Shown: piece after piece, positions 25,237 through 39,215 of the stretch
How the letters are laid out: the number at the start of each line of letters is the position of its first letter
Position numbering within the stretch: position 1 is the first letter of the stretch
Source of the DNA: Marsupella aquatica
Lineage: Eukaryota > Plantae > Marchantiophyta
NCBI GenBank assembly: GCA_973895155.1
Contig: OZ316894.1
Span: 23,744,709-23,808,708, forward strand
Reading direction: 5' to 3'
Length of the DNA: 64,000 nucleotides
Notes under the pieces: model-generated
Seen by the model: the letters and a program-made list of their open reading frames with translations, nothing else
Databases searched by the model: none
What the model was told of the DNA's origin: nothing
Translations under genes and position numbers: made by a program

Positions 25237-28200
25237 TTAGTAATCCCAACCACTGAACGCTGTATCAGATCTCTCTTCGGCATTTATGGGCCAGCGGTAT
25301 TGAGATACCAGTGGGTTCGGAGTGGATATGAACAGCTGGACCTTATCATCTGAAGGATTGCTGTTGGCGGCATGTACTGCTTTCAAAAAACTAGCCCTCT
25401 CAATAGACCTCCGTTGTTTAGAAAGAGGCGACTTGTGAAGGAGTCGGAAGAGGCCCACTTGCTGATCTCCTTGGGAGCCTCCAGGATCGCCATTGACCAG
25501 GAAGAGGTGCACCAATCTGAACAACAGGAGATGACAACCGCATGATCTTGTCAGCCACTGAAGTCATTCCGAACGGTCAAGATTCTACTTAGAGCGCCAA
25601 ATTGCAAATATCCTTGCTCTCGAAAATAGAAAAGAACACCTTTGCTTTGTAAATTTCAAAAAGTGAGGTCCTTCAAAAGCAATCGAATGAGCAACATCAA
25701 CGCACAAACCCAGTCAAGGCCCTCTCGCAGACTCCTTCTAAAGGCCCGGTGTATCAAAGTACCGGTGTGGGCTAGAGTACGCTTGGTGACAAACTAGACG
25801 CCTTTCAATCCATGTATCAATCCAAGCACTTCAAGTCCAGGTGTATGCCAGAGTACAAGTGTCTACTGTTTGCCAAGTGCCTACAAACTCCTAAGTCAAA
25901 TCAGCTACCAAGCGGACAGAAACCTAATAACCCATGTGATGATGTTCACCACGGGGAACAAGTTCTGAAGTGCATGGTAAGATAGCACCCTTACTTGCTG
26001 AACTGAGACTGCACTGAGTGGCGCAACTTATCCCAGGATAACATGCCCTTTAAGAATAGACAAAAAAGTGAGACAAGTCAATTTCATACCAACAAACAGC
26101 AGCGGTGCAAACAACTTCAAGCAAGGACAGTGGAAACGACGTGCTACTGCAACCTTCCAATCTAACTTATGATGTCCAGGGCCGAGATTTAGAAGCCCCA
26201 TTTGGGGAAACACCCACGTACGGATTGCATCATTAAGGAATATATGAACAAATTCAATGCAGGGAGCAAATAGGAAGACAGCAATGATCCCATACGATCA
26301 ATTACGACATATATCATCCCAGGGGCTAACTGGCTAAGTCAGATAATCAGTAAATTTATTTTAACCCCACCTGAATGCATAAATATACATTCATATTATA
26401 CAGAAAATCATATACACACTGTGGTGCACACGAAATTGCCACTTAATTAAAATTCAGCCCTTGTTTATTGCGCACTAGAGTGCTGCCCTTTGGGTATTCC
26501 GGTGAATCTCCAGGGTGCAATTTGCGGAGCGTCCTGGCTTTCGATCCGAGAGAATTTCGAAAGCCAACCTTGGACAACTCAATACAATTCTTATGGCCTA
26601 AACCCTAAACATGGTCTAAAATCTCGATATGGCTAGACATAGTGTTCTCTCCCTTTGCAAAAATCTCTGCTGCAATATTCGGTGAACGGCATTCTTCTTC
26701 CACTTATCTACAATTATTAGTGCTTTCTGAGTCCATGCAACCTCATGATCACAATCGAGTCTCAGGATATAGCAAACTTGAGACACAATCAGCAGCTCTT
26801 TACATTATATTGAGTAAAGACAAAAATAGGACGAATGCGGTAGTTTCCAAGCGTGGGCTTCATGAACAGCTATTGATACTAAGGATAGAAACGAAGACAG
26901 GGAAAAACACCCACGCTGCGTAAAGGTCTTTCCAATTACATATATACAGACAGACAGCATGCCAGTAAAGCATGTCCTGAGCCGGGTGCTCACCAGATAT
27001 TAGAAAAGAAGGATGAATGAAAGCCACAATACCTTGACGGAGGAAACAAATCCGGGATCATCTGCTGACCACATGTTCGTGTTGGTCTCTGCTGTCTGCT
27101 CAATCCCTTGCAATTCCCTTCGCTGCTGAGAGATATCTTGAAGAATCTTTGTTTCACCATTCCCCCTTTGCAACGAGGCGATAGTATCCTGCAATATTTG
27201 TCTGTCTGTTTCCAGAGTTTTCAATCTGGTTGTCAGCTGTTGGACGACGTCTTGCATCTGCGTTCTGGGGGAATCCATGACCACACTATAAGGCGATTGA
27301 AAGGCACACCCATCTGATTCTCGTAATAATGCCCCGTACTCTCCTGGTAGTAATTCAGCAGCTTGCGTGCACATTTCAGGCTCCTTCAAGGAATGTTTAA
27401 CACTGCCTGTTGAACAATACTGATCCGGTCTTCCCTTGCCGTTCGCTTCATGTTCTTCTAGTGCGACAAAGTCTAGTCCTTCGTCATCAAATAAATATTG
27501 TTCTACTGCAGTTTCATTGGAATCTACGAACTGCCCAGTGACAAGCTCGGTCACCGTTGAGGAAACGTACTTCTTGATATCGAGATTAAATCGTTTATCC
27601 TCTCTATGGTGGGAGGAAGAGTTCTCCGTGACAGTTTCGCGCGGATCTTGTTGAACTTCGTAGACATCATGGACAACGGAAGACCCGGCTTGATTATTGT
27701 CCTCAAAATCCGGACTCTTGTCGAATCTGGCAACTGAGTTTCTCGTAGCTTTCTCACTAGATGGAAACCCTTCTCCTCTCACTACACAGCGATCGCTCTC
27801 GGCATCTGGAGTGGCATTCCTTAGATCAGCAGCTCTGCGTTTGCGTAGTCGCGTCTTGGTGGGAATTATCGGTCTGTCCCCCCCGAAAGTGGAGTTTTTG
27901 CTCGAATCCATGAATTCCGAGGACGCTCCATTTGATTCCGAGGCAGACTCCGCTACAAATTCGACGAGAGGAGACAAACCTGATTTTGTAGGCTGGATGG
28001 GTGGCTTCTTGTTGCCAAGCTGGTGAAGTTGCTCTTCGAATTTCGACACGTACTCCAGAACGGAGATTCTCTTCTCTCCTATTGATCTATCTGCATCAAC
28101 AGCAATGTCGGTAACCTCAGAATGATGATGACTACTATCGCTAGAGTTAGCAGGTTCAACAGCGCTGGTCGGACTCTGCCTCGCCTCTGCTTCTGCTTCT

Positions 28201-30530
28201 ACAGCGCATGCTTCAGAGTACTCAGGCTCATCGCTTTCAAAACTTCTCAGAATGTTTTTCCAGATTTGTCTCAGTTCATCTCCACTTCTTCTAATCTCCC
28301 CCTGGCTGCTTTGCCTGCGGAACTTCTCCTCGATCTTCTTCAGCGTCTCCAAAGATTCTTCGTCCTTCAGGCTAGGCTCTTGCCTCAAAGATTCCATCAT
28401 GCCACGAAACGATTCATAGCCTGCACCACTTTCCCTAGTGTTGGTTCCAACTTCGTCATTTGTAGTCCGCTCGCTGTGTGCTTCATGCTCTTCGTTTGTA
28501 AGTGTATCTCTCTGTGCTTCAAATTCTATATTTACAATGCCAACCCTCTGAATGTCTTCGCTATCAACACTCCCATCATGTTGAGGAACGGCGGCGGAGC
28601 TAAATGACTCAAACAAATTTCTCTTCCCATTCCCGGGGAGTAAACGATTAATATTATCGGAGAGTTTCGGAAAATTCCTGCGGAGGACAGTCAACTCCTC
28701 CATTTCCTCACGGGGTACAATTGCTTTCTCACTGGCTTCGTGCAACCAATCCTTAATCTCTGCGAGTAGTTTCTCGTCTCGTCTATCCATTCTAATCTTC
28801 CAATCCTGGCTGCCCTCTAGTAACAGAGTCTCCCGTTCTATGAGCAGAACATCGCCACTCCTCGGACTTCCAATCCTCTCTCTGCCCCCGGTGCTCCGGT
28901 CCATCAGCTCATCCATGCCCAACGCAAGAAATCTCTTTCTGTACTTGTTAACCTCTTCCTCTAAGGCATACAGCTCCTCGTCTCTTTTTACGAGAATTTC
29001 TTGCAGCATAGCCATAGACTCCTGATCATACTCATGCTTCTCTTCAGCCATTCTCTGGTACTGCCGTGCTTCCATTTGGATCCCTGCCTTCTCTTCCTGT
29101 AGTCGAGTTATCATTGCCATCGCCTCGTGCGCCGCACTGCTTGCCGCACTCCGCTCCTCCTCCAACTCCAGGTACAGTGCTGCAAGAGCCTCCTGCTCTT
29201 CGTGAAGCGCTTCTCTGAGCTCCATCACGAAAACCTCAGGATCCTGTTCATGATGCACAGTGCTCCATGTCTCCGTGAGGTCCTCCTCCATATCCAGCTC
29301 CATCGCCTTTTTGTTGCGAACAGCAGGGGAAGGCGAAAAAGAAGCCAAATTCCGGCACCATTCCGGAGTGCTGCTTTCACCGGCCAGAAAATCCGAATCT
29401 ATTGACAACTTCAACCTATTTCTGGACACATCAGCATAACGTGAAGAAGAGGCTTTGTGTGAAGAACGGCTTCTGGCGTTGCTGTACGAGAAGCTCTCTT
29501 GAGAAGAGTCCCTTGCAGAATTTTCGACGTCCACTGTAAGGTTCTGAGTTGCGCCACCGTCTGACAGAGAACGATTCCATGAGCCGTCTTTGCGCATGAG
29601 CTGCAGGCCATCGTCATTGGAATCTCCCACACTCTCCCTAATTTCGGAAGGCCCTCCTTCGCTGATGATCAAAGACACGCTATCGGCAAAAACGTTCGGC
29701 GAATGGTGACCGCAGGAGCACGATGCGCAGAAGCCCTCGTCGCCCCTTGCCATATTACTATTGTCGTTAGGGGAAACCTTGGCGAATTTCCTCTTCAGAA
29801 TCCTACTTGTGCCCCGCTTTGAGAGTGGCGAACAGCCTCCAGCCGAAGGAATTCCCATGCACCTCTGGCACTCACACCCGTCCGCGGAAGCAACACTAGT
29901 TCTGTTAACTACAGTGGGCTCACTGCTCCCGTTATCGAAGCTAGACTCGATGTTCTGGAGCGATCTTCTGCAGCTCCACCCTCGCCGTTGCGTTCGTCGA
30001 TAGCTGTCGGTGGTGTCGTCGTCCGTAGCCCAGATTATGGTGTGGTCGGAGCCGCAGTAGTTGACAGAGTTATTGTTACCAATAAATTTATCGCCTTTCA
30101 CACCATGACAGCGAAATTTCCCGGGACCACTGTCATCAGCCGAGCCCCGTTTCAAATTGCACACACAATCCGAGAGAAAGTGAGTGCAATCCTCGTCAAT
30201 AATGTTCATGACACTAGTAGGAGCCCCCCCGTACCTACCACCAAAGTTGCTGTGAGTCCCCGGCAGAACACAGGAATCCGCAAGTTTCTGGTAGCCCTTC
30301 AAGTCGGTACCCTGCCTCCTGTGCTTGTGGTGATGATCGCATGAGGCGCAAGATTGGTTGAACAGTCCTGACGACTTAATCAGCCAGGTCGTCGTCATGT
30401 ACATTATCGCGCAGAGAAAAATGCACAGAGCCAAAATTAACTCGAAGAAGGCCCGCATCAGTGAAGAAACCCTCCACGGATCCGAAACGTGGTGGAGGAT
30501 ATGCTCGTCATTTGCCCTAGATGCCATCAT
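25237..30530 (-). CDS. Myosin-binding protein (MyoB family; DUF593/GTD-binding/zein-binding coiled coil)
   Basis: N-terminal hydrophobic segment; DUF593 signature LYLELEEERSAASSAAHEAMAMITRLQEEKAGIQMEARQYQRMAEEK; C-terminal coiled coil RLKTLETDR. Exons 30530-27033, 26047-25995 and 25516-25237 have GT-AG sites in compatible phases. Confidence 0.9.
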
Positions 30531-33500
30531 CTCGCCTTCTGGACGACGAAATACTATTGGAATTCCAACTCCGACCCTGACCTTCTCGTAGACAAAGACG
30601 AACGCCTCACAAACGGACGAGAGGCATGCTGCATCCGGTAGCGAGGCCGTTCAGGATGATAACGACGACGATGTTCATTCTTCCAGACTTCGAGCAACAT
30701 CCCTTTAAAATGCATGGCTGATCTGGGGTGGTTGACGGCGGTACATTGAATGACAGATGCACAGTTGTCCCTTCAGTTAGCCATTTCATCCGCTTTCACG
30801 ACTGCAAAACCACGATCAGAATTGGGTCAGCACACTTGAAACATGGTTGAGGCAGCACTGTCTTGCAGGCACAGGCAGACATTGTAAGCAAACTCGAAGC
30901 GGAGTCCGCAAACAATTTGTTGAAGCTCCAAACGTGAACGACGGGTGATACGACTGTCATACGAAAGCCTATCTATCGAGCTACCCTTCCAATTGAGAAA
31001 ACTTAGGAAGGCCGACCCGATTGCCGTTTGAAGCGAGGAAATTTAAATCCAACCCCATCACATGTGGTTACGGCTTAAGGTAGCTACCGTGTACAGTGCA
31101 GGGGTTATGACGTAAGATAAGGGCATTTGCATGCGTAACAGCCAAAATTAGATTACTAGTGAATGTCCGTTGGCAACTTCGCACCTCGGCCTCAAACACT
31201 AACGATCCTCACTCCTTCCACTCGCAACTTTAGCGCATGAAGATCGTATCTTTGACTGTTCGTAAAGATCAGCTCTCGGCTTACTGCACGTAACAGGCTT
31301 TGATAGACCTACCGCATTTATAGCACTCTTTCAGTGTCATCACGGCCATCAAAGACATGAGGAAATTCCCTTTCTCTAGCTCTCCCAAAATTAACTAATC
31401 ATTCACACTCGCTCGCAATCCCGTCGAAATCTCCTGTAGGCTTTACGAGTGCGTTTCTGTTTCCCACCTTGTGCTGGTTTGGTCTGAAGACTGCACGTCG
31501 AGTCACTCCCTCGTTCAGCAATAAGTAGGATCAGTTTCAGAACGAAGACAAACTGAAATCATCTACGATCCAATTGATAGAAAGGGATCATGGATAGACG
31601 TAAGAACCAAGTTCTCAACACCAAAGAGAACTTAAGCTGACATGCAACACCGATTGCTACAGCTGCCAGTCAAGCCCAGGCCTTTTCGACATTAATTAAC
31701 AAGCGCTCAATCGAGAACCCCATAGATAGCTCTACAGCACGCAATCACGCCCAAAACCAAAAGCCCAGGCCCGCGACAAAACTGAACCGACGGAGTTCAC
31801 CATCCCTACACTCAGCCAAATTCTAAGGAAATCGAAGCAACGCTCAAATACAATGTTTCAGACAGCCTGCACCAAGAACAGAAGGAATCCTCAATCCTCA
31901 ATCTTACGACTCCTTCTTGTGCTCCAGCTCTCGTCCACACACTTCCGAGAAAAATCAAATATCCCAACCTCAGCCCTGCTATTAACGCGACACGCGTCGT
32001 ACACCATTCAACTCTAATTAAAAGTTTTGAATTTTCTTCACCTTCTCGTCGCTCTGCTCTGAGGTTCAATCTCATCAAGGTGCAGACAAAATCATTGGGC
32101 TAGAAAATGGGCTTCATGAGACAGACCAATTGTTTCGGTCAAACACTCCAAATGCTCACCTTTCGGAAATCCATGCAATCGGAATAGACATCGAACGCAG
32201 AATCAGCTCCACATCTCCGTTCGGTGAAATTCTTTCATCATCACAGCCGATTCCTAATAATCGAACGATTCCAACGAGCCAGCGACCATCCTTTCAACCC
32301 TAACGAACATGTCCCACCCGCGGCGGTCACCTGAGCAGCAAATGGATTCGAGAGGCCGCCAATCAGCGCCGAATTCTCCCGCCCCCGGCCGCCCCCTCCC
32401 CCCCCAACATTCCCCGATCGAAACACCTCTCCGGAAACTGCTGTAACGAGAATTCTTCGGAGCCTTCTCGTTACCCACCAAGCGAGAGATTCCTCTGCCT
32501 CTGCGTTTCGCAATTTCGCGTCAGAAAATTGAGGGCGACGAAATGAACACTAAACTTGAAAACTATGAACAATCTTGTCGAACTGCTGCGAAGGGATGCT
32601 GCAAATGCAGCTTACCAAGAGACAGAAGTGATCCGACGCATGCATCAACTGCTGCAAACGTGTCGAATTTCTTCGACCAGGTCTTTCAGAGAGTTGTACT
32701 GTATGTATTGACCTCCCTTTCTTTCTCCTACTTTTCTTTCCCGTAGTGTGTTCGCTCTTGACGCTCTACAGTACCGTATCCCTTCGTGCCGTGTACATTA
32801 CTACCACAGTACAAATCGTGTAACCACGTAAGCTCATCGATGACTGCGCAGTAGGTGTCCTGCCCTGGGTGTCGTGGGATGTGAATACCATACGGACGTT
32901 TATCCATGCAGAAATAGTTTTCCATCTTTGGGTGCCTTAATTTACCCTACTGCTATTTCAAGAAATTAGTTCGTGTACCCCCCTGGTTACATTTCTTTTG
33001 CCTTGTTTGAGAGTAAAAAGAATGTATGTAATATTAGCTTTAACTCAAGTTGTGAGAGGCTATTGTGGTCCAAAATGCTATGGTATCACAGATTATTCTG
33101 ATGAGATAGTTTTACAAATTTTAGTGAAAGTATAGGAGAAATTAATTACCTCATCCAAATGTGATTTTGCAATCTTCTTCATAATGAAGAGGAAAATAAG
33201 GGCCTTTAGTTTGCATTTTGAGAGGCTAATGTGGTCCATATGCTCTGTTAGCATACATTAAAATATTTAAGATCTATGAGATATTTTCACTAATTTTAGA
33301 GCATTAATTAATAAACCCAAGGCACAATGTTTTCCGTTAGTCAATTTAGGCATTAAATGACACTATATTTGACCACTTAAGTGCTCTGGGCACTCAATTT
33401 GAGTTGAGAATACTACTTTCTCAAGATCAATTGAGAAATTTGCTTTTCTCAACAAGGAACCCTAAGGTTTCAAGTAGCTGAGTCCTCTTTAGAATATTTG

Positions 33501-34981
33501 TCCCCCGATTTGTCAATGTATTTTCAAATAATTGGAAATCTAGGAGATTTCACTGAAGTTTGAATTTGACAAGTTTTGAATTAGAGGTTAATAGACTCAT
33601 GACCTTGACGCAACTATTCACCAAATGGAGAAGGGCAAAGCTTAAGCTTTCAGAAGATAGAAGTCGACAGCGTGATAATCATAAGCAATTGTCAAAATGA
33701 GGCTTTTTCGCCTCATGCAACCAAATTCTCAACCTAAGAGAGTCAATAGTCAATTCGTGGCAAGTCCATTTGAAACCAGATCAAACCAGATCAATGTCTG
33801 ATCAAATGAATTGTATCAATTCATTGAATTCAAGTTCCGACCATAGCTGGCAGTTTGCCTGAATTGCAAAAGGCTAGAAATCTTAATCCATGTGCTAGTT
33901 ACCCTTTAACAAGGAAGTTATCAAGTTAGTTATTAGTCATTGTTTATTATATGAAAAATATGTACTTTTCAAATTTTTGAATTTAATTTTTAAAATTGGA
34001 TACGTAACTAAAACGGTTACATAGTGACAATTTTACCCGTCTTGCTCTTTGCATTTCTAAATTTTTACATTTCTTTTTACGGCATGGCGTCCCAAAATTT
34101 ACACACAAATTGGCGCAAACACGAATGAAAACTGTAAGTTTGATTCACAAAACTGACTGGTCTTGTTTGTTGCGGTTGTTGTTAACGTGACACGCTCTGG
34201 TGCCAGGAATTTTGGAAGGGACCTCTCATGGGGTCCGTAAACAGATTTTGCTACGTTTAAGGTCGTCATGATGGACCCAAATATTTTAGTAATGTGATGG
34301 ACCCAAGAATGGACCCAAAATAGTGTAGTGTGTTGTGGATAATCGTACTATTGTCACAAACCTCATTGTTGAGCGTATTGGCACCACATAGCATTGATCA
34401 CGGGCCAGTTTATTTTCTTGTGCCCAACTCACATACTAAAAATTATTCACTTTTGCACCCTATCTTGGATGTGGACTAGTTTAACCAGACTACACTAACC
34501 CAAGATCCCACTCAATTGGTTGGGGGACACATGGAGGCTCATAACTTGCTCCATGCTAGCCACCTTCAACCATAAAAATGGGAAAATGAGTGGGACCAAA
34601 TGCCAATAGTTTTGCTTGTCCCACTTATTGGATTAGCATAGTAAAGTAAACTATTGTGGTTAGCATAGTAAAATTAAGCCAATCAATACAGAATGGGGCT
34701 GATAATTAAATAAGTATTGGAGTCAGGTTAGTAATTCTGACCAGTTTTGGAATAAAGTAATAAAAAGGATTGAAGAAAATGATGTTCCCGTGGGCAGAGC
34801 CAGTGAACCATGCAACCCCCATGGATTGTGACACATTTTACTCTTTCACTTGAGAGAGTTGTGAATTTCTAAAGACAAACCTGAATGCCCATCCCTTGAA
34901 TGTTAGTAGAAGCCATGTCAAAAATCATCATGCATATCATCATGTTAATATAAATAACATCTTACGTTTCTTTTCATCCAC

Positions 34982-35043
34982 CTAAAATTTGGTGGGGCCC
35001 TAGAAAATTTGGTGGGGCCCTAGAAAATTTGGTGGGGCCCTAG
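34982..35043. repeat. 20-bp minisatellite x3
   Basis: AAAATTTGGTGGGGCCCTAG repeated three times. Confidence 0.9.
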
Positions 35044-37100
35044 AGTCAGGGTCTAGAGACTTCACTCTAGATATATATACCCTAGTTCTAGTTTCTCAAC
35101 ACCATTTATTAGTAAGATTATCACTCAGTGTCCACACTCTTTTCCATAGGTTTTGAGCAGCTAAATTTATTAAGGTTGAATGACACTATGGAGGCTCATT
35201 AATGAGCCTCACATGCTACCTGCTCCTTCCTTATCCGCTGCCCATGAAAAGGGACGATTGCATAATTCTTATCCGTTGCCCACTAAAAGGGATGATTGCA
35301 TAATTTTTAAGTGTCAAAGCCAGTGAATGAACCCCACTTTTGGGTGGGGTTTGTTACAAAAAGCTTGTTTGGGGCAGGAATCAAGCCCCATCACCAGCCG
35401 GGCCCAACTCTGCTGGTCTGCTGATATAGCTTTTATCATTACTACGGTCGGGCAATGGCAAGGGGGGCAGCGATCGATCTCCCTTGTTGTCAGTACCAGA
35501 TTTGACATTAATACGCATCCATACTCTCAATTGCGCTAAATCTAAATTTGACCTCCCTTTGAATCAAATGAGATCATTTTCTTTCGTGTTGCAAACTTCT
35601 TGGAGTAATCTTTCCAATCAGAATCAAATTTTATTGAGAATTGTGCTTCCTAAAAATCTCCCAAAATGTACCCCTGTCTCAGTTTCTTGCCGCATTTCCC
35701 TCGTCATAGTGATGTAAATTATGTGAGCAGATAAAAAAAAGTGAGGAAAAGAGTGTTTCACTGCAGTCCATCTGGCTTGCAAAATTCTATCTGATCATTT
35801 TGGCAAATGTGGAGGTTCATCCTGGCTTCAATTTTGCTATTTAAATCCTCGCAATAAATAAAAGACTACCAAATAAAATGAATCAATTGTTTTGGAATTC
35901 AGTGAGGGGCAAGCAAATAGAACAAAATTGTTGAAGTGACTCAATTCATTTTAAACCTTTTAGTACAAAAATACCTCTGTTCGTTGTAAATATAGTATCA
36001 TAGATATGTTCAGATAGTTGGATCATCAATTTGACAAGCTAGTTTAGAATATAACTCAAATGTGTTCATGCACAGGCTGGTTTGGCCATAGCACCATTCT
36101 TTAGAGGTGGCAGACTGAATAGAACACTTTCTAAGACAAATCTCCATCGCCTACAAAGGAGGCAAGCCCAACAATTCATCTATTGTAGGGCTCTAGAACT
36201 TCCATTCAACCAATTCACCTCATCATGGGCTTGCTTTAATTTGCCACTAGATATCCATGCTCCCTTCCTCACGTAATCACAACGTACACCATATGTGACC
36301 ACAATTTCTTTATTCACTGTTCGTTGATTGTAATGTTCAAGGTTTCTTTGATCACTTTGATTATGTTCTCCTTCAGTCTATATTTTGTCTTTGTAGGCCA
36401 CTTATTGAGTAAAGTGATTGATCATGGGAAATCGACAAATGTTTCAAAAACCTGTAGACCACAAACCTCTTGACTGTGTTAGAATGGCAAGTTTGGGAAG
36501 CACATAGTTGCCCATAATGTTTAAATTAAGTATTTGGTTCCACAAGAACGTCATTCATCCACACATGAAATTCCCCAAATCTGCAAATATGTTGTTGTGC
36601 TTAGGAGGAACTGTTCTCGAGTTGTGCAAGCCAATGCTTGCTTGCTATTATGTTGGAGCTGAATAATGATGGACAAGGGACCCCGCAAGGGACTGACTCA
36701 CTAGCAAGTTTTGTCAAGACTTGTGGGAGTTAATGTTCCGCGTATTCGGTGGGGGTGTGTTGTTTCGTGAATGTTCACTTGTGCAAGCAATCACTTGCTT
36801 GCTGCTTAGTTCAAGCATAGTAATGATGGATGAGGGACTGAAGATATTTGCCAAGCTTTGTAGGAGATATGTCTTCTGTTCTCAGCAGTGTTGTTTCTTC
36901 ACATATGTATTTAGAGTTGTTTTGGAAGGGAATTCTTGTCAAATGGTGAGGACCAGAACTACTCATTTGTGATGATGCTGATGAGAGAAGAAGAACAAGA
37001 ACAATAAGGAATGGTGGTGATTCTCATCTGGTAAAGATCGATGAAGGCATGATTTTGAATATGGACACCCAGAAAGGGTAGCAAAGTCCAAAAATCTCTC

Positions 37101-37622
37101 ATGGCTGCCCCTCCCTATCCTGCTCCAATTGCTCGTCGTACTACCCCTCTTGAAGTTGATTTAGGATTTTGCTGTCTTGCCCTGCTCTTCATTCTTGTTT
37201 TTGGCTCTTTAGTAGCTTTCTTCTTGAGGGATCGGATCAATTGGACAGAGTATTTGCCATTTCTGAAACGTTTTAAAAGGCAACCACAAGTCATATTTGG
37301 AGCTCCAGTTGAGTTGAGTTTACCAAGTCCACCAAGCGATCCAAGTGGTCCTGATGATTCAAGCCCCTCACGTCCACCACGTGTCAACACAGCAAAAGCT
37401 CCTGGTGACTCGAGAGCAAAAGCACCTGATGGCTCAAGTGCTCCAAGTCCACCAGGTGTTAAGAAAGTAGATAATCTACCACCAAAGAGCCCAAAAGCTG
37501 GTAACAAGGCCACAAAGAAAGGCAAAAAGAAACAGAAACCAAAACCAAAACCAGGGAAGCCAACCCCGAAGCCAACAAGTCCCCTAAGTATAGATAAATT
37601 GCCAGAGGATCGACAGCCGTGA
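37101..37622 (+). CDS. Putative small single-pass membrane protein with a Pro/Lys-rich tail (unknown function)
   Basis: 173-aa ATG ORF with hydrophobic segment LGFCCLALLFILVFGSLVAFFL, then a Pro/Ser-rich and KPKPKP basic tail. No family recognised. Confidence 0.4.
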   Translation: MAAPPYPAPIARRTTPLEVDLGFCCLALLFILVFGSLVAFFLRDRINWTEYLPFLKRFKRQPQVIFGAPVELSLPSPPSDPSGPDDSSPSRPPRVNTAKAPGDSRAKAPDGSSAPSPPGVKKVDNLPPKSPKAGNKATKKGKKKQKPKPKPGKPTPKPTSPLSIDKLPEDRQP

Positions 37623-39055
37623 ATTCAGTTTGGATCTATTTGGCAGCTTCTGTCAATTGAGGATGATTGTATCCAAGCAAGGATGAAAGTATCTGGGCAA
37701 GAGTGAGTTCTTTGGATAGGGATAACTATTGGCTGAATGAATGTGTCATTTTCCCTTCAACTTAAGTTTGGCAGGCAGTGGACACTAATAGGGTTTGTGT
37801 CCTATTTTGCTATTGCTCAAATTTCTCATTCATCTGTTCCTCCACATTCTCCTCCAGGAGATTCTCTGCAAATCATTGGCAAATTGCAGCACTTCGTGAT
37901 AGCCCTATCACGCTGGAGGAGAAATGATCTTGCCAAGAAACCAATCAGGTCTGCTTCCCCTATGTCAAGAGGGATAGGGGGAAGTTGCATGGGGGAGGGA
38001 CGGAGGGAGGGAAGTTGGAACATGAACAGATGCATACAGCCCAGTCCTGAATATGGATAGGGCAAACATTGTCCATCCTTGAAAAATTGTCATCTTCTTA
38101 AGATTGAACCCCCATTCCAAATATAAAAGTAAAAACAATCATCTTCTAAGATTGCTTTTTTCTACTGATGTGCAGTTATCCAGTTGATTGATTGGATTTT
38201 TTTCATCATGGCGTTTGCATTATAAGGCTTTACCATGAGTCACACAAGTTCCTTTCACTAAGATGCTGGGCAGTGGCCAAAAGCTTCAGGCACAGTAGGA
38301 CCACTTAATTTCAAATTGCAATGCATTCCCTCTCAATTCTAATCTTGAGGCTCTTGATTTCAAACATTTTATCAACAAAGGAAGTAAACGGCAGGAGCAC
38401 TGGGGATGAGAGAATAGTATTAAAGCAGATAGTGTGAGGAATCTGTGCTGCAACGGATGGTCTTGCGATTTCCAATTAACACCCCTGTTTCATCCAACAG
38501 TCTATGCTGCTACTACCAAATGCTTTGTGCTTTTTGTAGTAATTGTGCTTGTTCTCTTATGCGTGTGCTCGTGCTTCAACGTACAACTACTTATTCACAT
38601 GTGGTTCACTTGTGGTTGCAGTCTCATTCAAAGTAGGAGCAGTTTAGTTCTTTTGGTTTGCTTCAAGTGATATTGTCCAGCCTTTAATGATGAGTCATGA
38701 CAAACATGTGACACATTTCAATCTGGAGTGATTCTACATTGTTAGAGTGAATTTAGCAAAAAGTACAGGGTGGATTTCACCTTCCTTTTTTGATTTTGTA
38801 TTCAATGTACTTCAAGTTCTCAGAAAAATCCTACAGTGGATTCGGGATTTCCATCTCCTAGTTATCCCATTAGAATAGCTAAATCTTTGGTTGCAGATCA
38901 ATAGATTTGTATTTATGAAAAAATGTAATGTAATGAAAGCAAGAAGCAAAGCACTTATTTATCAAGAAAAATGGTAACAGGGTGACCAAATTTGTTGGGA
39001 TGAACCATAATGTGTAACCATGCAACTTGGATGCACCTAGCGCTTAAGAAACTCA

Positions 39056-39215
39056 AACATGTCACCATCTAACTATGTCATTATGCTCTTAAGCTACTCT
39101 TTCAGGGGGTATAGTCTAGAGTGCTTGTAGACTGTAACATGTCACCATCTAACTATGTCATTATGCTCTTAAGCTACTCTTTCAGGGGGTATAGTCTAGA
39201 GTGCTTGTAGACTGT
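39056..39215. repeat. Perfect 80-bp tandem duplication
   Basis: AACATGTCACCATCTAACTATG...CTTGTAGACTGT at 39056-39135 and 39136-39215. Confidence 0.92.

Noticed and set aside
27000-27032. C-terminus VLWLSFILLF of the 1176-aa ORF as the true protein end
   Set aside because: It begins at an AAG|GTATTG donor, and two in-phase downstream exons exist, so it is most likely intron read-through.
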